NCBI GenBank assembly: GCA_038237645.1
Contig: JBBRYN010000001.1
Location: forward strand, 40,101-104,100
Length of the DNA stretch: 64,000 nt
Source of the DNA: Mycobacteriales bacterium
Lineage (GTDB): Bacteria; Actinomycetota; Actinomycetes; Mycobacteriales; QHCA01
Reading direction: 5' to 3'
A program made the position numbers and the translations under genes. The number at the start of each line of letters is the position of its first letter. The first letter of the stretch is position 1. This document shows, one piece after another, positions 1 through 9,704 of the stretch. The notes under the pieces were generated by a model. The model was given only the letters and a program-made list of their open reading frames with translations. It was not told where the DNA came from and did not search any database.

Positions 1-1215
1 GGTGGCAGCGACCCACAGGGTGCAACAGAGCGCCGAGGCGCAGATCGCGGTGACCTGGCCGGCCGTCGGTGCGCTCTCGGCTCGGATGGCCCCGGCGGCT
101 ATCACCGAGGCGACGGAAAGGAGGCAGGTCTCGACCAGTACGAGCGCCTTCGACAGTGCCGCCAGCGCCGGCCGGTGCGGCATGGCGGCGAGCCACAGCC
201 CGCCGGAGGCGTCGAGGCAGAAGGCGTTGACCCCGAACAGCAGTCCCGCGCCGGCGGCCACGAGGCCGGGTAGCAGCACCAGCGAGTCCCAGGCGATACC
301 GAGGCCGGCGGTCGCCGCGCCGGGCAGCAGGATGAGGATGAGCGCGCCACGGCGCAGTGCAGGGGTCCGCCACACGCTCGCCCGGTCGGTCGCCACCAGG
401 GCGGCCAGCGCAGAGCGGGCCATCCTTCGGCGGCCGACGGCCCGATCGGCCCGGCGCTTGCCTCGGCTCGGTCGGCGTAACGCCCACCCGCACGCCCGCG
501 TGCCCAGGAGGCCCCCGGCGACGGTCAGCACGAGCAGGACCAGGAATCCCCGGGCCCACTCGAGGTAGGCGCCGTTGCCGCCCTGCAACACCGCGCCCAG
601 GACCCGCTTGGTCGGCAGCCCGTCCAGGACCCTGATCGCATATCCCAGGCGCACCACGGCGACGGCGGCGATGGCCAGGCAGATCGCCAATGACCATACG
701 ACCAGCCGGCCGGCCCGCGTCTGACGTGTTCCCACTACCGCCCACGCGAGTGCCTGTCCGACGACCGTGACCAGCAGGACGTATGCGTACGTCGTGAGCA
801 GGGCGAGCGGCAGGCCCGCCACACGGCCGGTCGCCGCGCCGGTCAGCGTGGTCAGCAGGAGGACCTGCGACAGCCAGGCCAGGTTGAGCGGCGCCACGAC
901 AAGGGAGCCGAGGAAGGTCGTGGCCGGCCGGACCGGGTAGCTCACGAGTTGCTCGGCGGGAAACAACTCGTTCCCGCCACCGGCGGACAGCGGCGCCACC
1001 AGGGCTAGCAACGCAAAGCCCGCGAACCCGGTGGGGCTCAGTAGCACGGCCTGGGCGGCCAGTTCGTGCGGGAGCAGCCGGCCGGTCACCACGGCAGCGA
1101 CGATCAGCAATAGCACGCCCGCGAGGAGACCGAGCATCCCCTTGCGAACGCGGGACGACCGGACCATCCGCCACCGCATGGCGACCAGCGCGCGCAGTTG
1201 ATGGACGGCCGTCAC
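1..1215 (-). CDS. ABC-2 type transporter permease, partial (3' end runs off window start)
   Basis: Minus-strand frame starting at GTG 1215 overlaps the stop of the upstream ATPase gene (GTGA). The translation is uniformly hydrophobic with multiple predicted TM segments. Not in the ORF track because the end is truncated. Confidence 0.55.
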   Translation of the reverse strand, partial: MTAVHQLRALVAMRWRMVRSSRVRKGMLGLLAGVLLLIVAAVVTGRLLPHELAAQAVLLSPTGFAGFALLALVAPLSAGGGNELFPAEQLVSYPVRPATTFLGSLVVAPLNLAWLSQVLLLTTLTGAATGRVAGLPLALLTTYAYVLLVTVVGQALAWAVVGTRQTRAGRLVVWSLAICLAIAAVAVVRLGYAIRVLDGLPTKRVLGAVLQGGNGAYLEWARGFLVLLVLTVAGGLLGTRACGWALRRPSRGKRRADRAVGRRRMARSALAALVATDRASVWRTPALRRGALILILLPGAATAGLGIAWDSLVLLPGLVAAGAGLLFGVNAFCLDASGGLWLAAMPHRPALAALSKALVLVETCLLSVASVIAAGAIRAESAPTAGQVTAICASALCCTLWVAAT

Positions 1216-1916
1216 GACAGCAGCGCGCGATAGCGGGCCGCACCGGCGGTGCCGGCCAGTTCGGCGGCGGGCGCGGCTGCCACGACGGAGCCGTTGCGCA
1301 GCACCACCGCCTCGTCGCAGGCGTCCACGGCCAGCGCCAGCAGGTGGGTGGAGATCAACACAGCAGCCCCGCCCAGCCGGGCCTCGGCGATGACCTGCAT
1401 CGTGGCGTCGACCCCGAGCGGGTCCACGCCGTCGAACGGTTCGTCGAGCAGCAACACCGCGGGTGAGTGGAAGGCGGCCAGCACCACGGACAGCCGGCGG
1501 CTCATGCCGTGGGAGAAGGTGGCGGTCAACCGGTCCGCCGCGCCGCCGAGGTCGAAGCGGTCGAGCAGGTCCTGCGCGCGTGGTTCCCAGCCGGCGGCCA
1601 TGCGGCGCAGCCGGACGGCGAGCATGAGGTGCTCCCACGGGGTGGCCCGGGGGATGAGGCCGCCGACGTCAGGGCAGTAGCCGACCCTCGCCCGGGCGCC
1701 GGCCGGGTCCCGGGCGGCGTCGACACCGGCGACCCGGACTGTCCCCGCCGTCGGGGGTTGCACCCCGGCGAGCACCCGCAGCGTCGTGGACTTGCCGGCG
1801 CCGTTGCGGCCGACCAGGGCGACGGACGCGCCAGGCGCCACGGTGAGATCGAAGCCGACCACTGCGTGGACCGCGCCGAAGGTCACGCCAAGCCCGCGGA
1901 CCTCGATCACAGTCAC
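1212..1916 (-). CDS. ABC transporter ATP-binding protein
   Basis: Walker A GRNGAGKST, ABC signature FSHGMSRRLS, Walker B LLLDEP. GTG start. Confidence 0.9.
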   Translation of the reverse strand: MTVIEVRGLGVTFGAVHAVVGFDLTVAPGASVALVGRNGAGKSTTLRVLAGVQPPTAGTVRVAGVDAARDPAGARARVGYCPDVGGLIPRATPWEHLMLAVRLRRMAAGWEPRAQDLLDRFDLGGAADRLTATFSHGMSRRLSVVLAAFHSPAVLLLDEPFDGVDPLGVDATMQVIAEARLGGAAVLISTHLLALAVDACDEAVVLRNGSVVAAAPAAELAGTAGAARYRALLS

Positions 1917-1954
1917 CTACGCCAGTGTGCGCGGCTTTCGCCCCGCTGGGGCGA

Positions 1955-3745
1955 CTACGAGTAGATCGCCGCCACCTCGTCGGCGTACTGCTTGAGCACC
2001 ACGGTGCGGCGCAGGCTGAGTTTGGGGGTCAGCTCCCCGCCCTCCAGCGTGAAATCGTGTGGCAGGATGCGGAACTTCTTGATCGCCTCGGCCTGGGATA
2101 CCGCCTTGTTGGCCTCGTCCACGGCCCGCTGGACCTCGGCCCGCAGGTCGGCATCCTCCCGCAGGTCGGCGACCTTGGCGTCGGCCGGCTTGCCGTTGCG
2201 CTGCTTCCAGCCCGGGAACGCCTCCGGGTCGATCGTCACCAGGCACCCGATGAAGGGCTGGGCGTCGCCGACCGCCATGCACTGGCTGACCAGCGGATGG
2301 CGGCGCAGCCGGTCCTCGAGCACCGCCGGAGCGACGTTCTTGCCGTTGGCGGTGACGATCAGCTCCTTCTTGCGGCCGGTGATCTTCAGGTAGCCCTCGT
2401 CGTCGAGCTCGCCGAGGTCGCCGGTGTGGAACCAGCCGTCCGCGGTGATCGCCTCCGCCGTCGCCTGGGGGTTGTGCCAGTAGCCCCGGAAGACGTTGTC
2501 GCCCTTGATCAGGATCTCGCCGTCGTCGGCGATCCGGATGGAGATCCCCGGGACGGGCCGCCCGACCGTGCCGATCTTGACCGACCCTTCGACGTTGAGG
2601 CAGCCGCCGGCAGTGGTCTCGGTGAGTCCGTAGCCCTCGTAGACGGTCACGCCGATGCCGCGGTAGAAGTGCCCGAGCCGCTCGCCGAGCGGGGCCCCGC
2701 CGGAGATGGCCGAGACGCACCTGCCACCGAGGGCCGCGCGGAGCTTGGAATAGAGCAGCCGGTCGAACAATGCGTGCTGGGCGCGCAGGGCGAGGCCGCC
2801 GCCGCCGGTGTCCAGGGCGCGGCTGTAGGACACGGCGACGTCCTCAGCCTTGTCGAAGATGCCGCCCTTGCCGCCTTCGCGAGCCCGCTGCTTCGAGACG
2901 TTGTAGACCTTCTCGAACACCCGTGGGACGGCGAGGAGGAACGTCGGCTGGAACTTCGCGAGGTCGGGCAGCAGGTTCTTGATGTCGGCGGTGTGCCCGA
3001 GGCGCGCCCGGGTCTGCACTACCCCTGCCTGGATCATCCGCGCGAACACGTGCGCCAACGGCAGGAACAGCAGAGTCGAGCCTTCGGGGTTGAACATCGA
3101 CCGCAGGCTGTCGACGGTGGTCGCAACCTGAAACAGCACGTTGTGATGCGTCAGCTCGCAGCCCTTGGGCCGGCCGGTGGTCCCGCTGGTGTAGATGATG
3201 GTGGCCAGGCTCTCGGTCGTGGCCACCCGGCGGCGTTCCTCGATCTGCTCGTCGGTCACGTCCCGACCCAGCCCGCGCAGGGTGCCCAGCCCGTCGGCCT
3301 CCACCTGCCACACGTCCCGGACACCCGGGATCTCATCGCGTACGGACTCGACCACGGCCTCGTGCTCGGCGGTCTCGATGATCACCGCCACCGCACCGGA
3401 GTCGCCGAGATTCCAGGCCACCTGCTCGGCGCTGCTGGTCTCGTATACCGGAACGGTGACGCCGCCGGCCGCCCAGATGCCGTAGTCGACGAGTGTCCAT
3501 TCGTACCGGGTCTTGCTCATCAGGCCGACCCGGTCGCCGGGCTGCACCCCGCTGGCGACCAGGCCCTTGGCCATCGCGATCACCTCGGCGCGGAATTCCG
3601 CGGCGGTCACGTCTTCCCAGGCGCTCTCGACCCGCCGGTTGAAGACGACATGCTCGGGCACCTCGGCCGCGTTGGCCCAGACCACGTCCGTGAGATTGGA
3701 CTCAGGTGCTACCTCGACGGTGGTCGGAACGCTGAACTCGCGCAC
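1955..3745 (-). CDS. fadD: Long-chain fatty-acid--CoA ligase (AMP-dependent synthetase, FadD15-like)
   Basis: AMP-binding motif IIYTSGTTGRPKG and TGD...GYLKITGRKKE. 596 aa. Syntenic with Mtb fadD15. Confidence 0.9.
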   Translation of the reverse strand: MREFSVPTTVEVAPESNLTDVVWANAAEVPEHVVFNRRVESAWEDVTAAEFRAEVIAMAKGLVASGVQPGDRVGLMSKTRYEWTLVDYGIWAAGGVTVPVYETSSAEQVAWNLGDSGAVAVIIETAEHEAVVESVRDEIPGVRDVWQVEADGLGTLRGLGRDVTDEQIEERRRVATTESLATIIYTSGTTGRPKGCELTHHNVLFQVATTVDSLRSMFNPEGSTLLFLPLAHVFARMIQAGVVQTRARLGHTADIKNLLPDLAKFQPTFLLAVPRVFEKVYNVSKQRAREGGKGGIFDKAEDVAVSYSRALDTGGGGLALRAQHALFDRLLYSKLRAALGGRCVSAISGGAPLGERLGHFYRGIGVTVYEGYGLTETTAGGCLNVEGSVKIGTVGRPVPGISIRIADDGEILIKGDNVFRGYWHNPQATAEAITADGWFHTGDLGELDDEGYLKITGRKKELIVTANGKNVAPAVLEDRLRRHPLVSQCMAVGDAQPFIGCLVTIDPEAFPGWKQRNGKPADAKVADLREDADLRAEVQRAVDEANKAVSQAEAIKKFRILPHDFTLEGGELTPKLSLRRTVVLKQYADEVAAIYS

Positions 3746-3819
3746 TTCTGCCCTCTTCCCCGATGTCCTGATCGCTTGGTCAGCCAGACGCTACCGGGCA
3801 TTCGTGGCATTCTCACCCA

Positions 3820-4236
3820 GTGCCACAGGTCGACGTCATCAGCGAGCACTTCATTGTCGCCGATCCGGCCGAGGTAGCCGCAGCAGCCCATGAGGAACAG
3901 TTCTGGGGCGACCTGTGGCCGGGCGCGCATCTGACCGTCTTCGAGGACCGGGGGCGGCAGGGCCTCAGGTGGAACTGCTCGGGATCCCTCGTCGGCAGTT
4001 GTGAGGTATGGCTCGAGGAGCATAGTGATGGTGTGATCGTGCACTGTTATCTGCGAGCCGACCTGCCGCCCGGGCGATCAGCCGGCACTGCCCGCCGCGA
4101 GATCCGGCGCCGGGAGGTGCAGGTCAACGAGGCGGTATTCGCGCTCAAGGACCGGATCGAGGGCGATCGGCCGGCTGCCGGCGGCCGGCGCGGCAGGTCA
4201 AGTGCCACAAGTGTTATGCCGACTCGGCAGGGGTGA
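3820..4236 (+). CDS. Hypothetical protein, possible SRPBCC-like fold
   Basis: GTG-initiated 138-aa ORF divergent from fadD. No clear motif. Position equivalent to hypothetical genes beside fadD15 in mycobacteria. Confidence 0.35.
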   Translation: MPQVDVISEHFIVADPAEVAAAAHEEQFWGDLWPGAHLTVFEDRGRQGLRWNCSGSLVGSCEVWLEEHSDGVIVHCYLRADLPPGRSAGTARREIRRREVQVNEAVFALKDRIEGDRPAAGGRRGRSSATSVMPTRQG

Positions 4237-4643
4237 CTGACTTGCGGTGCCCGTCGTGCGGAGCCGCAGTACGCCCGGATGCGCCCTGGTGCCTGCTCTG
4301 CCATCGCGACCTGCGACCCGCGCAGGCGCCGGCCGAAGTTGCGGCACCGGTTGCCCTGCCGGTTGTCCTGCCCGTTGCCGCACCATCCGTGATGGTCGCG
4401 GATGCCCCCGGCTGGCCCTGCCTTGTGTGCGGCGTCGAAAACGCTCTCGAGGCGACGTTTTGCACCACTTGCGGTGCGGCGTTCCTCGAGGGACTGGGCA
4501 AGGGCAGTGCTCCGGCCCTACGGCTGCCAGTGGTGGGCGACATCGTGTCGCTGCCCCGGTCGGCGCGCGCGGCGTTGGCGATCGCGAGCGTCCTGGTGGC
4601 CACCTTGTTGTTGTTCGGCTGGTTCTCGCTGTTGGCAAAGTGA
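4233..4643 (+). CDS. Double zinc-ribbon protein with C-terminal TM anchor
   Basis: CPSCGA...CLLC and CLVCG...CTTCG pairs of CxxC motifs, with a C-terminal hydrophobic helix VLVATLLLFGWFSLLAK. GTGA overlap with the previous ORF. Confidence 0.45.
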   Translation: MTDLRCPSCGAAVRPDAPWCLLCHRDLRPAQAPAEVAAPVALPVVLPVAAPSVMVADAPGWPCLVCGVENALEATFCTTCGAAFLEGLGKGSAPALRLPVVGDIVSLPRSARAALAIASVLVATLLLFGWFSLLAK

Positions 4644-4673
4644 GCTGAGTCGAGCAACCCATAGGCTCGACCC

Positions 4674-5441
4674 GTGCTGGTCCATGTCGTCTCCGACGTG
4701 CACGGCAGCGTCAGCGCCCTGGCCCGGGCGGGTGACGGCGCCGACGCCCTGGTGGTCCTCGGCGATCTGATCTGCTTCATCGACTATGCCGACCACCGCG
4801 CCGGGATCATGGGTGAGCTGTTCGGGGCGGCCGCGGTGAGCACGCTGGTCGAGCTTCGCACGGCTCAGCGTTTCGAGGCGGCCCGGCGCTGGTCAGGTGA
4901 GCTGTGGTCCGGGCTCGGCGGCGACCGGGCGGCGATCGTCGACGCGGCCGTCCGCCGGCAGTATGCCGAGATGTTCGCCGTGCTTCCCGTTCCGACCTAC
5001 ATGACCTACGGCAACGTGGACGTGCCGCGGCTGTGGCGGGAGTTCACCCGCCCCGGCGTGCACGTACTGGACGGCGAGACCACGGAGATCGGCGGCCGTC
5101 GCTTCGGGTTCGTCGGCGGCGGGTTGCCCACCCCGTACAACACGCCGTACGAGCTCGACGAGGAGACTTACGCCGCCAAGGTGGCCGGGGTCGGCGCGGT
5201 CGACGTGCTGTGCGCGCACATCCCGCCCGACCTGCCCGACCTGCTGTACGACGTCACCGCGCGCCGTTTCGAGCGGGGCAGCGTTGCGCTGCTCGACTCC
5301 ATCCGGGCCACGCAGCCGGGGACGGTGCTGTTCGGCCACGTGCACCAGCCGCTGTACGCCAGGCGCCGGGTCGGCCGCACCGAATGCGTCAACGTGGGCC
5401 ACTTCCACGGCTCCGGGCAGCCGTACGCACTGACCTGGTGA
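4674..5441 (+). CDS. Metallophosphoesterase (calcineurin-like phosphoesterase)
   Basis: N-terminal VHVVSDVHG and GDLICFIDY metal-binding motifs. GHVHQP near the C-terminus. Confidence 0.8.
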   Translation: MLVHVVSDVHGSVSALARAGDGADALVVLGDLICFIDYADHRAGIMGELFGAAAVSTLVELRTAQRFEAARRWSGELWSGLGGDRAAIVDAAVRRQYAEMFAVLPVPTYMTYGNVDVPRLWREFTRPGVHVLDGETTEIGGRRFGFVGGGLPTPYNTPYELDEETYAAKVAGVGAVDVLCAHIPPDLPDLLYDVTARRFERGSVALLDSIRATQPGTVLFGHVHQPLYARRRVGRTECVNVGHFHGSGQPYALTW

Positions 5442-5461
5442 GCCCGCCGTACGATCCGGCA

Positions 5462-5896
5462 ATGGCGCAGAAGTCCCAGCAGTCCATCACCATCGACGCC
5501 TCGGCCGAAGCCGTCATGGCGGTGATCGCCGACTTCGCCTCCTACCCCGACTGGGCGGCTTCGGTGAAGAAGGTGGACATTCTGGTGACCTACGAGGACG
5601 GCTACGCCAGCCAGGTGCGCTTCGTGGTGGACGCCGGGGTGGTCAAGGACGACTACACGCTGGCCTACGAGTGGGCAGAGGACGGCTCCTGGGTGTCATG
5701 GACGCTGGTCGAGTCCAAGATGATGAAGGACCAAGAGGGCGCCTACGAGCTGGCGGAGAGCGGCGGCGAGACGCTGGTCACCTACAGCCTGGGGGTGGAG
5801 ACGACCACGCCGATGCTCGGGCTGCTGCGCCGCAAGGGCGAACGGATGATCATGGACATCGCGCTGAAGGAGCTCAAGAAGCGGGTCGAGAGCTGA
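5462..5896 (+). CDS. SRPBCC family protein (polyketide cyclase/dehydrase-like, TB16.3/Rv2185c-like)
   Basis: 144-aa product with ATG at 5462. Resembles the conserved actinobacterial SRPBCC protein family from recall. The long upstream extension in the ORF track is an artefact. Confidence 0.75.
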   Translation: MAQKSQQSITIDASAEAVMAVIADFASYPDWAASVKKVDILVTYEDGYASQVRFVVDAGVVKDDYTLAYEWAEDGSWVSWTLVESKMMKDQEGAYELAESGGETLVTYSLGVETTTPMLGLLRRKGERMIMDIALKELKKRVES

Positions 5897-5903
5897 CCGC
5901 GGC

Positions 5904-6848
5904 GTGAGTCTCGCGATCGGCGTCGACATCGGCGGCACCAAGGTGGCCGGCGGTGTCGTGACCGAGGACGGCAACGTGATCGCCTCCGCCCGGCTGCCCA
6001 CGCCGAGCCACGACGTCGGCCAGACCGCGGATGCCATCGCCGGCGTGGTGGCGATGCTGCGGGCCGACCACGCCGTGACGGCAGTCGGCGTCGGAGCCGC
6101 CGGCTGGATCGACGTCGACCGGTCCACGGTGCTCTTCGCGCCCAACCTCGCCTGGCGCGACGAGCCCCTGCGTGACCGGCTGAGCGACCTCATCGGCCTG
6201 CCGGTGACCATCGAGAACGACGCCAACGCGGCCGTATGGGCGGAATACCGGTTCGGCACGGCGCGGGGGGAGCGGGTCGCCGTGATGGTCACCCTCGGCA
6301 CCGGCATCGGCAGCGGCATGGTCGCCGAAGGCCGCATCTACCGCGGCGCCAACGGCATCGCGCCGGAGTTCGGCCACATGTGTGTGGTGCCGGGCGGCCG
6401 GCGATGCGGGTGTGGCAACCGCGGTTGCTGGGAGCAGTACGCCAGCGGCAAGGCCCTGGCGCGGGAGGCAAGGGACATCGCCGACGGTGCCCCCTTGGCG
6501 GTCGAAGCGCTGCTGGCGGCCACCGGCGGCGACATCACCAAAATCGACGGCTCCACCGTCATGGCGGTGGCGATGAGCGGCGATGCGGCCGCGACGGAGT
6601 GCTTCCAGGAGGTCGGACGCTGGCTGGGCCACGGCCTGTCGGGGTTGGCGGCCGCGCTGGACCCCAGCTGTTTCGTCGTGGGTGGCGGGGTTGCCGAGGC
6701 CGGCGACCTGCTGCTCGACCCGACCCGGCGGGCGTTCGAGTCGTCCCTCCCCGGCCGTGGCTTCCGGCCGCTGCCCGATGTCCGCCTGGCCATGCTGGGC
6801 AGCTCAGCCGGGCTGATCGGTGCCGCGGATCTTGCCCGGGCCGGCTGA
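5904..6848 (+). CDS. glk: ROK family glucokinase
   Basis: GVDIGGTK N-terminal ATP motif and ROK zinc motif HMCVVPGGRRCGCGNRGCWE. Confidence 0.9.
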   Translation: MSLAIGVDIGGTKVAGGVVTEDGNVIASARLPTPSHDVGQTADAIAGVVAMLRADHAVTAVGVGAAGWIDVDRSTVLFAPNLAWRDEPLRDRLSDLIGLPVTIENDANAAVWAEYRFGTARGERVAVMVTLGTGIGSGMVAEGRIYRGANGIAPEFGHMCVVPGGRRCGCGNRGCWEQYASGKALAREARDIADGAPLAVEALLAATGGDITKIDGSTVMAVAMSGDAAATECFQEVGRWLGHGLSGLAAALDPSCFVVGGGVAEAGDLLLDPTRRAFESSLPGRGFRPLPDVRLAMLGSSAGLIGAADLARAG

Positions 6849-7786
6849 TGCGCGTGGTCGTCGCGCTGGGCGGCAACGCACTGAGCCCCGCTGGGAGCAC
6901 TGGCTCGGCCGAGGAGATCCGGGCTGCGCTGGTGCCGACCGGCGCCGTGCTGGCAGAGTTGGTCGACCGAGGTGTCTCGCTGGTGGTCACGCACGGAAAC
7001 GGGCCGCAGGTGGGCCGGATCCTGCTGCAGCAGGAGGCCGCCGCTCCGGCCGTGCCGCCCATGCCGATGGACGTCTGTGGCGCGCAGAGCCAGGGGCAGA
7101 TCGGCTACCTGCTGGCGCAGGCGCTCGACGCGGAGCTGCGCTCCCGCGGGCTGTCGCAACGCGCGCTGTGCCTGGTGACCCAGGTGATCGTCGACGGCCG
7201 CGATCCGGCCTTCCGCCGGCCCACCAAGCCCGTCGGCCCCTTCTACGACGAGGCGACCGCCCACCGCATCGCCGCCGAGTCGGGGCACGTGTTCATGCCG
7301 ATCGGTGCGGACAAGTGGCGGCGGGTCGTCGCCTCGCCCCAGCCGTTGGGGTTGGTCGACGGCCCGGTGCTGCCGTCGCTGGTAGATTCCGGGCACGTGG
7401 TCGTGGCTGCCGGCGGTGGTGGCGTGCCCGTCGTCGAGGACGGAGCCTCGATCCGCGGCGTGGAGGCGGTCGTCGACAAGGACCTGACGGCTGCCCTGCT
7501 TGCGGGCCTGGTTGGTGCGGACGCACTGCTGATCCTCACCGAGGTTCGGCGGGTGCAGGTCGGCTACGGCACCGCGGCTGCCCGGGAGCTCACCTCGCTG
7601 ACCGTGTCGCAGGCGCGAGAGCTGCTGTCCGCGGGGGAGTTCCCGGCCGGGTCGATGGGGCCCAAGGTGCAGGCCTGCTGCGACTTCGTCGCGGGCGGTG
7701 GATCGAGGGCGGTCATCGGGGCGCTGGATGAAGCGGTCGAGGTCGTATTCGACACCGCCGGCACCCAGATCGTCGCGGACCGATAG
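6848..7786 (+). CDS. arcC: Carbamate kinase
   Basis: MRVVVALGGNAL...VVTHGNGPQVG hallmark N-terminus. ATGA overlap with glk stop. Confidence 0.9.
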   Translation: MRVVVALGGNALSPAGSTGSAEEIRAALVPTGAVLAELVDRGVSLVVTHGNGPQVGRILLQQEAAAPAVPPMPMDVCGAQSQGQIGYLLAQALDAELRSRGLSQRALCLVTQVIVDGRDPAFRRPTKPVGPFYDEATAHRIAAESGHVFMPIGADKWRRVVASPQPLGLVDGPVLPSLVDSGHVVVAAGGGGVPVVEDGASIRGVEAVVDKDLTAALLAGLVGADALLILTEVRRVQVGYGTAAARELTSLTVSQARELLSAGEFPAGSMGPKVQACCDFVAGGGSRAVIGALDEAVEVVFDTAGTQIVADR

Positions 7787-7795
7787 CGTCGGCAG

Positions 7796-8455
7796 GTGCC
7801 GGTCCTGCGAGTGCTGTCCTACAACATGCGGTCGCTTCGTGACGACGCCGCCGCGGTCGTCCGCGTCGTCCGGGCGGCCGCGCCGGATGTCGTCTGCGTA
7901 CAGGAGGCACCGAAGTGGTGGCGCTGGCGCAGCCGGTGTGCCGAGCTGGCCCGCAGGTGTGACCTGTTGTACGTGACCGGCGGGCTGCCGGCCGGTAACA
8001 ACATCCTGTTGAGCACCGTCGCCGTCGAGGTGCAGTCCACAGCGGACTTCCTCTTCACCCGCCGCTTCGGCCTGCACCAGCGCGGCATGGCTACGGCTGT
8101 GTGCTCGTTCGGCGGGGCCCGCTTCCGGCTGGTGAGCACCCACCTCGACCGGCAGGCTGCCGACCGGCGGATCCACGTCGAGGAGATCTACGCGGCACTC
8201 GGCCGGTTGGCGGACCCGGTCATCCTGGGCGCCGACGTCAACGAACACCCTGGCAAGCCGGCCTGGCAGGCATTGGCCCTCGCGCTGCCCGAGTCCGGCG
8301 CCGGCACGCGCAATCGCCGGATCGATGGGATCTTCCTCAGCCCGTCCATCCGGGTGCACTCAGCTGAGGTGATCGACTCGCCGGACGTGCGGACTGCCAG
8401 CGACCACCCGCCGCTGCTGGCGGAGATCCGACTGCCGTCGGTCCACCGGCGCTAG
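7796..8455 (+). CDS. Endonuclease/exonuclease/phosphatase (EEP) family protein
   Basis: VLSYNMR...VVCVQE N-terminal motif and SDHPPLLAEI C-terminal motif. Confidence 0.8.
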   Translation: MPVLRVLSYNMRSLRDDAAAVVRVVRAAAPDVVCVQEAPKWWRWRSRCAELARRCDLLYVTGGLPAGNNILLSTVAVEVQSTADFLFTRRFGLHQRGMATAVCSFGGARFRLVSTHLDRQAADRRIHVEEIYAALGRLADPVILGADVNEHPGKPAWQALALALPESGAGTRNRRIDGIFLSPSIRVHSAEVIDSPDVRTASDHPPLLAEIRLPSVHRR

Positions 8456-9687
8456 CCGCCGGAGCCGGCGAAGTCCGGGACGAGCTCGTAGGCGAGCTGC
8501 TCCAGGAACAGCCCGATGTCGGTGACGATCCCGACCGCCTGGGCGGATCCGCGGTCGGCCAGCTTGGTCACCGTCGCGGGATTGATGTCGACGCACACGA
8601 GGGGCACAGACGCCGGCAGGATGTTGCCGGTGGCAATCGAGTGCAGCATCGTGGCGACCATGATCGCGAAGCCCACTCCGGGCAGCTCCGCCCGCATCGC
8701 CCGCTGGCCCTCGACCACGTCGGTGAAGACATCGGGCAGCGGGCCGTCGTCGCGGACCGACCCCACCAGCACGAACGGCTTGCCCACCCGGACCATCGCG
8801 TGCATCACGCCGCCGGTGAGCACGGTCTGTTCGACCGCTGCCGCGATCGACCCGCACCGGCGAATCGTGTTGATGGCCCGGATGTGGTGCTCGTGGCCGT
8901 GTGGCACCCCGGAGCCCTTTCTCAGGTCGACACCGAGGGAGGTGCCGAACAGCGCCGACTCGATGTCGTGGGTGGCCAGAGCGTTGCCGGCGAACAGCAC
9001 ATCGACATAGCCCGCCTCCACCAGCGCCACCATCGCGGGCGCGGCCCCGGTGTGCACGACCGCCGGCCCCCCGACCCAGAGCACCTTGAGCCCGCTGGCC
9101 CGCACGTCGCGCATCTGCTGCGCGATCTGCCGGACGAGCAGGGCCTGTGGCTTCTCGCTGGAGACCGCCGACGACATGAAACCGAAGGTGCCCTCGGGCG
9201 CGTCCGCCGGGGCCGGCAGCCTGACCTTGACCCCGGCGGCGCCGCAGACGATCTGGTCGCCCTCGGTCACGTCGGAGACCGGCACGGTCTCGACCCGCCC
9301 GGCCACGACACGCAGCCCGCAGTCCATCTCCGGGCTGCTGACCGGCAGCCAGCCGCCGTCGAACCGGACGAACGTGTCCAGGTTGGTGGTGGAGTAGAAG
9401 TCGTCGGGAAAGACGCCGTCGCGCGGAGCCGGCCGCACGGTCGCCGTGCCTGGGTCGACCTGGTTGACCCCGTGGACCTGCACGCGCATGAGCAGCCGCT
9501 GGAGCAACTCTTCCTCAGGGGCGCCGAGGGTCAGTCGTGCGTACGACTCGTCCTGGTGCTCCCGGCCCAGGTCCAGCCGGTCGACGCGGTAGTCGCCGCC
9601 GTACTCCAACACGTCGTCGAGCACCCGCGCCAAGACGCCGGAGTCGAGCAGGTGACCACGGGTCTCGACGGTCTCGGAGAACAGCAC
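8452..9687 (-). CDS. TIGR00300 / LOR-SDH-like family protein (ornithine cyclodeaminase- or arginine dihydrolase-like)
   Basis: 411 aa. Conserved LOR/SDH-type sequence from recall. Convergent to, and overlapping by 4 nt, the EEP gene. Confidence 0.65.
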   Translation of the reverse strand: MLFSETVETRGHLLDSGVLARVLDDVLEYGGDYRVDRLDLGREHQDESYARLTLGAPEEELLQRLLMRVQVHGVNQVDPGTATVRPAPRDGVFPDDFYSTTNLDTFVRFDGGWLPVSSPEMDCGLRVVAGRVETVPVSDVTEGDQIVCGAAGVKVRLPAPADAPEGTFGFMSSAVSSEKPQALLVRQIAQQMRDVRASGLKVLWVGGPAVVHTGAAPAMVALVEAGYVDVLFAGNALATHDIESALFGTSLGVDLRKGSGVPHGHEHHIRAINTIRRCGSIAAAVEQTVLTGGVMHAMVRVGKPFVLVGSVRDDGPLPDVFTDVVEGQRAMRAELPGVGFAIMVATMLHSIATGNILPASVPLVCVDINPATVTKLADRGSAQAVGIVTDIGLFLEQLAYELVPDFAGSGG

Positions 9688-9704
9688 GGAGAAAGCGTAT
9701 GGGG

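Noticed and set aside
1925-3877. 650-aa ORF on the + strand
   Set aside because: It is entirely antisense to the well-supported fadD ligase gene. The Gly/Arg/Asp-rich low-complexity translation is typical of a high-GC antisense frame.
4904-5896. 330-aa ORF
   Set aside because: Only the last 144 codons (from ATG 5462) encode the SRPBCC protein. The upstream part overlaps the metallophosphoesterase gene in another frame.
6338-8359. 673-aa ORF on the - strand
   Set aside because: It is antisense to glk, arcC and the EEP gene. It has no recognisable motifs and a biased R/G/A/P composition.
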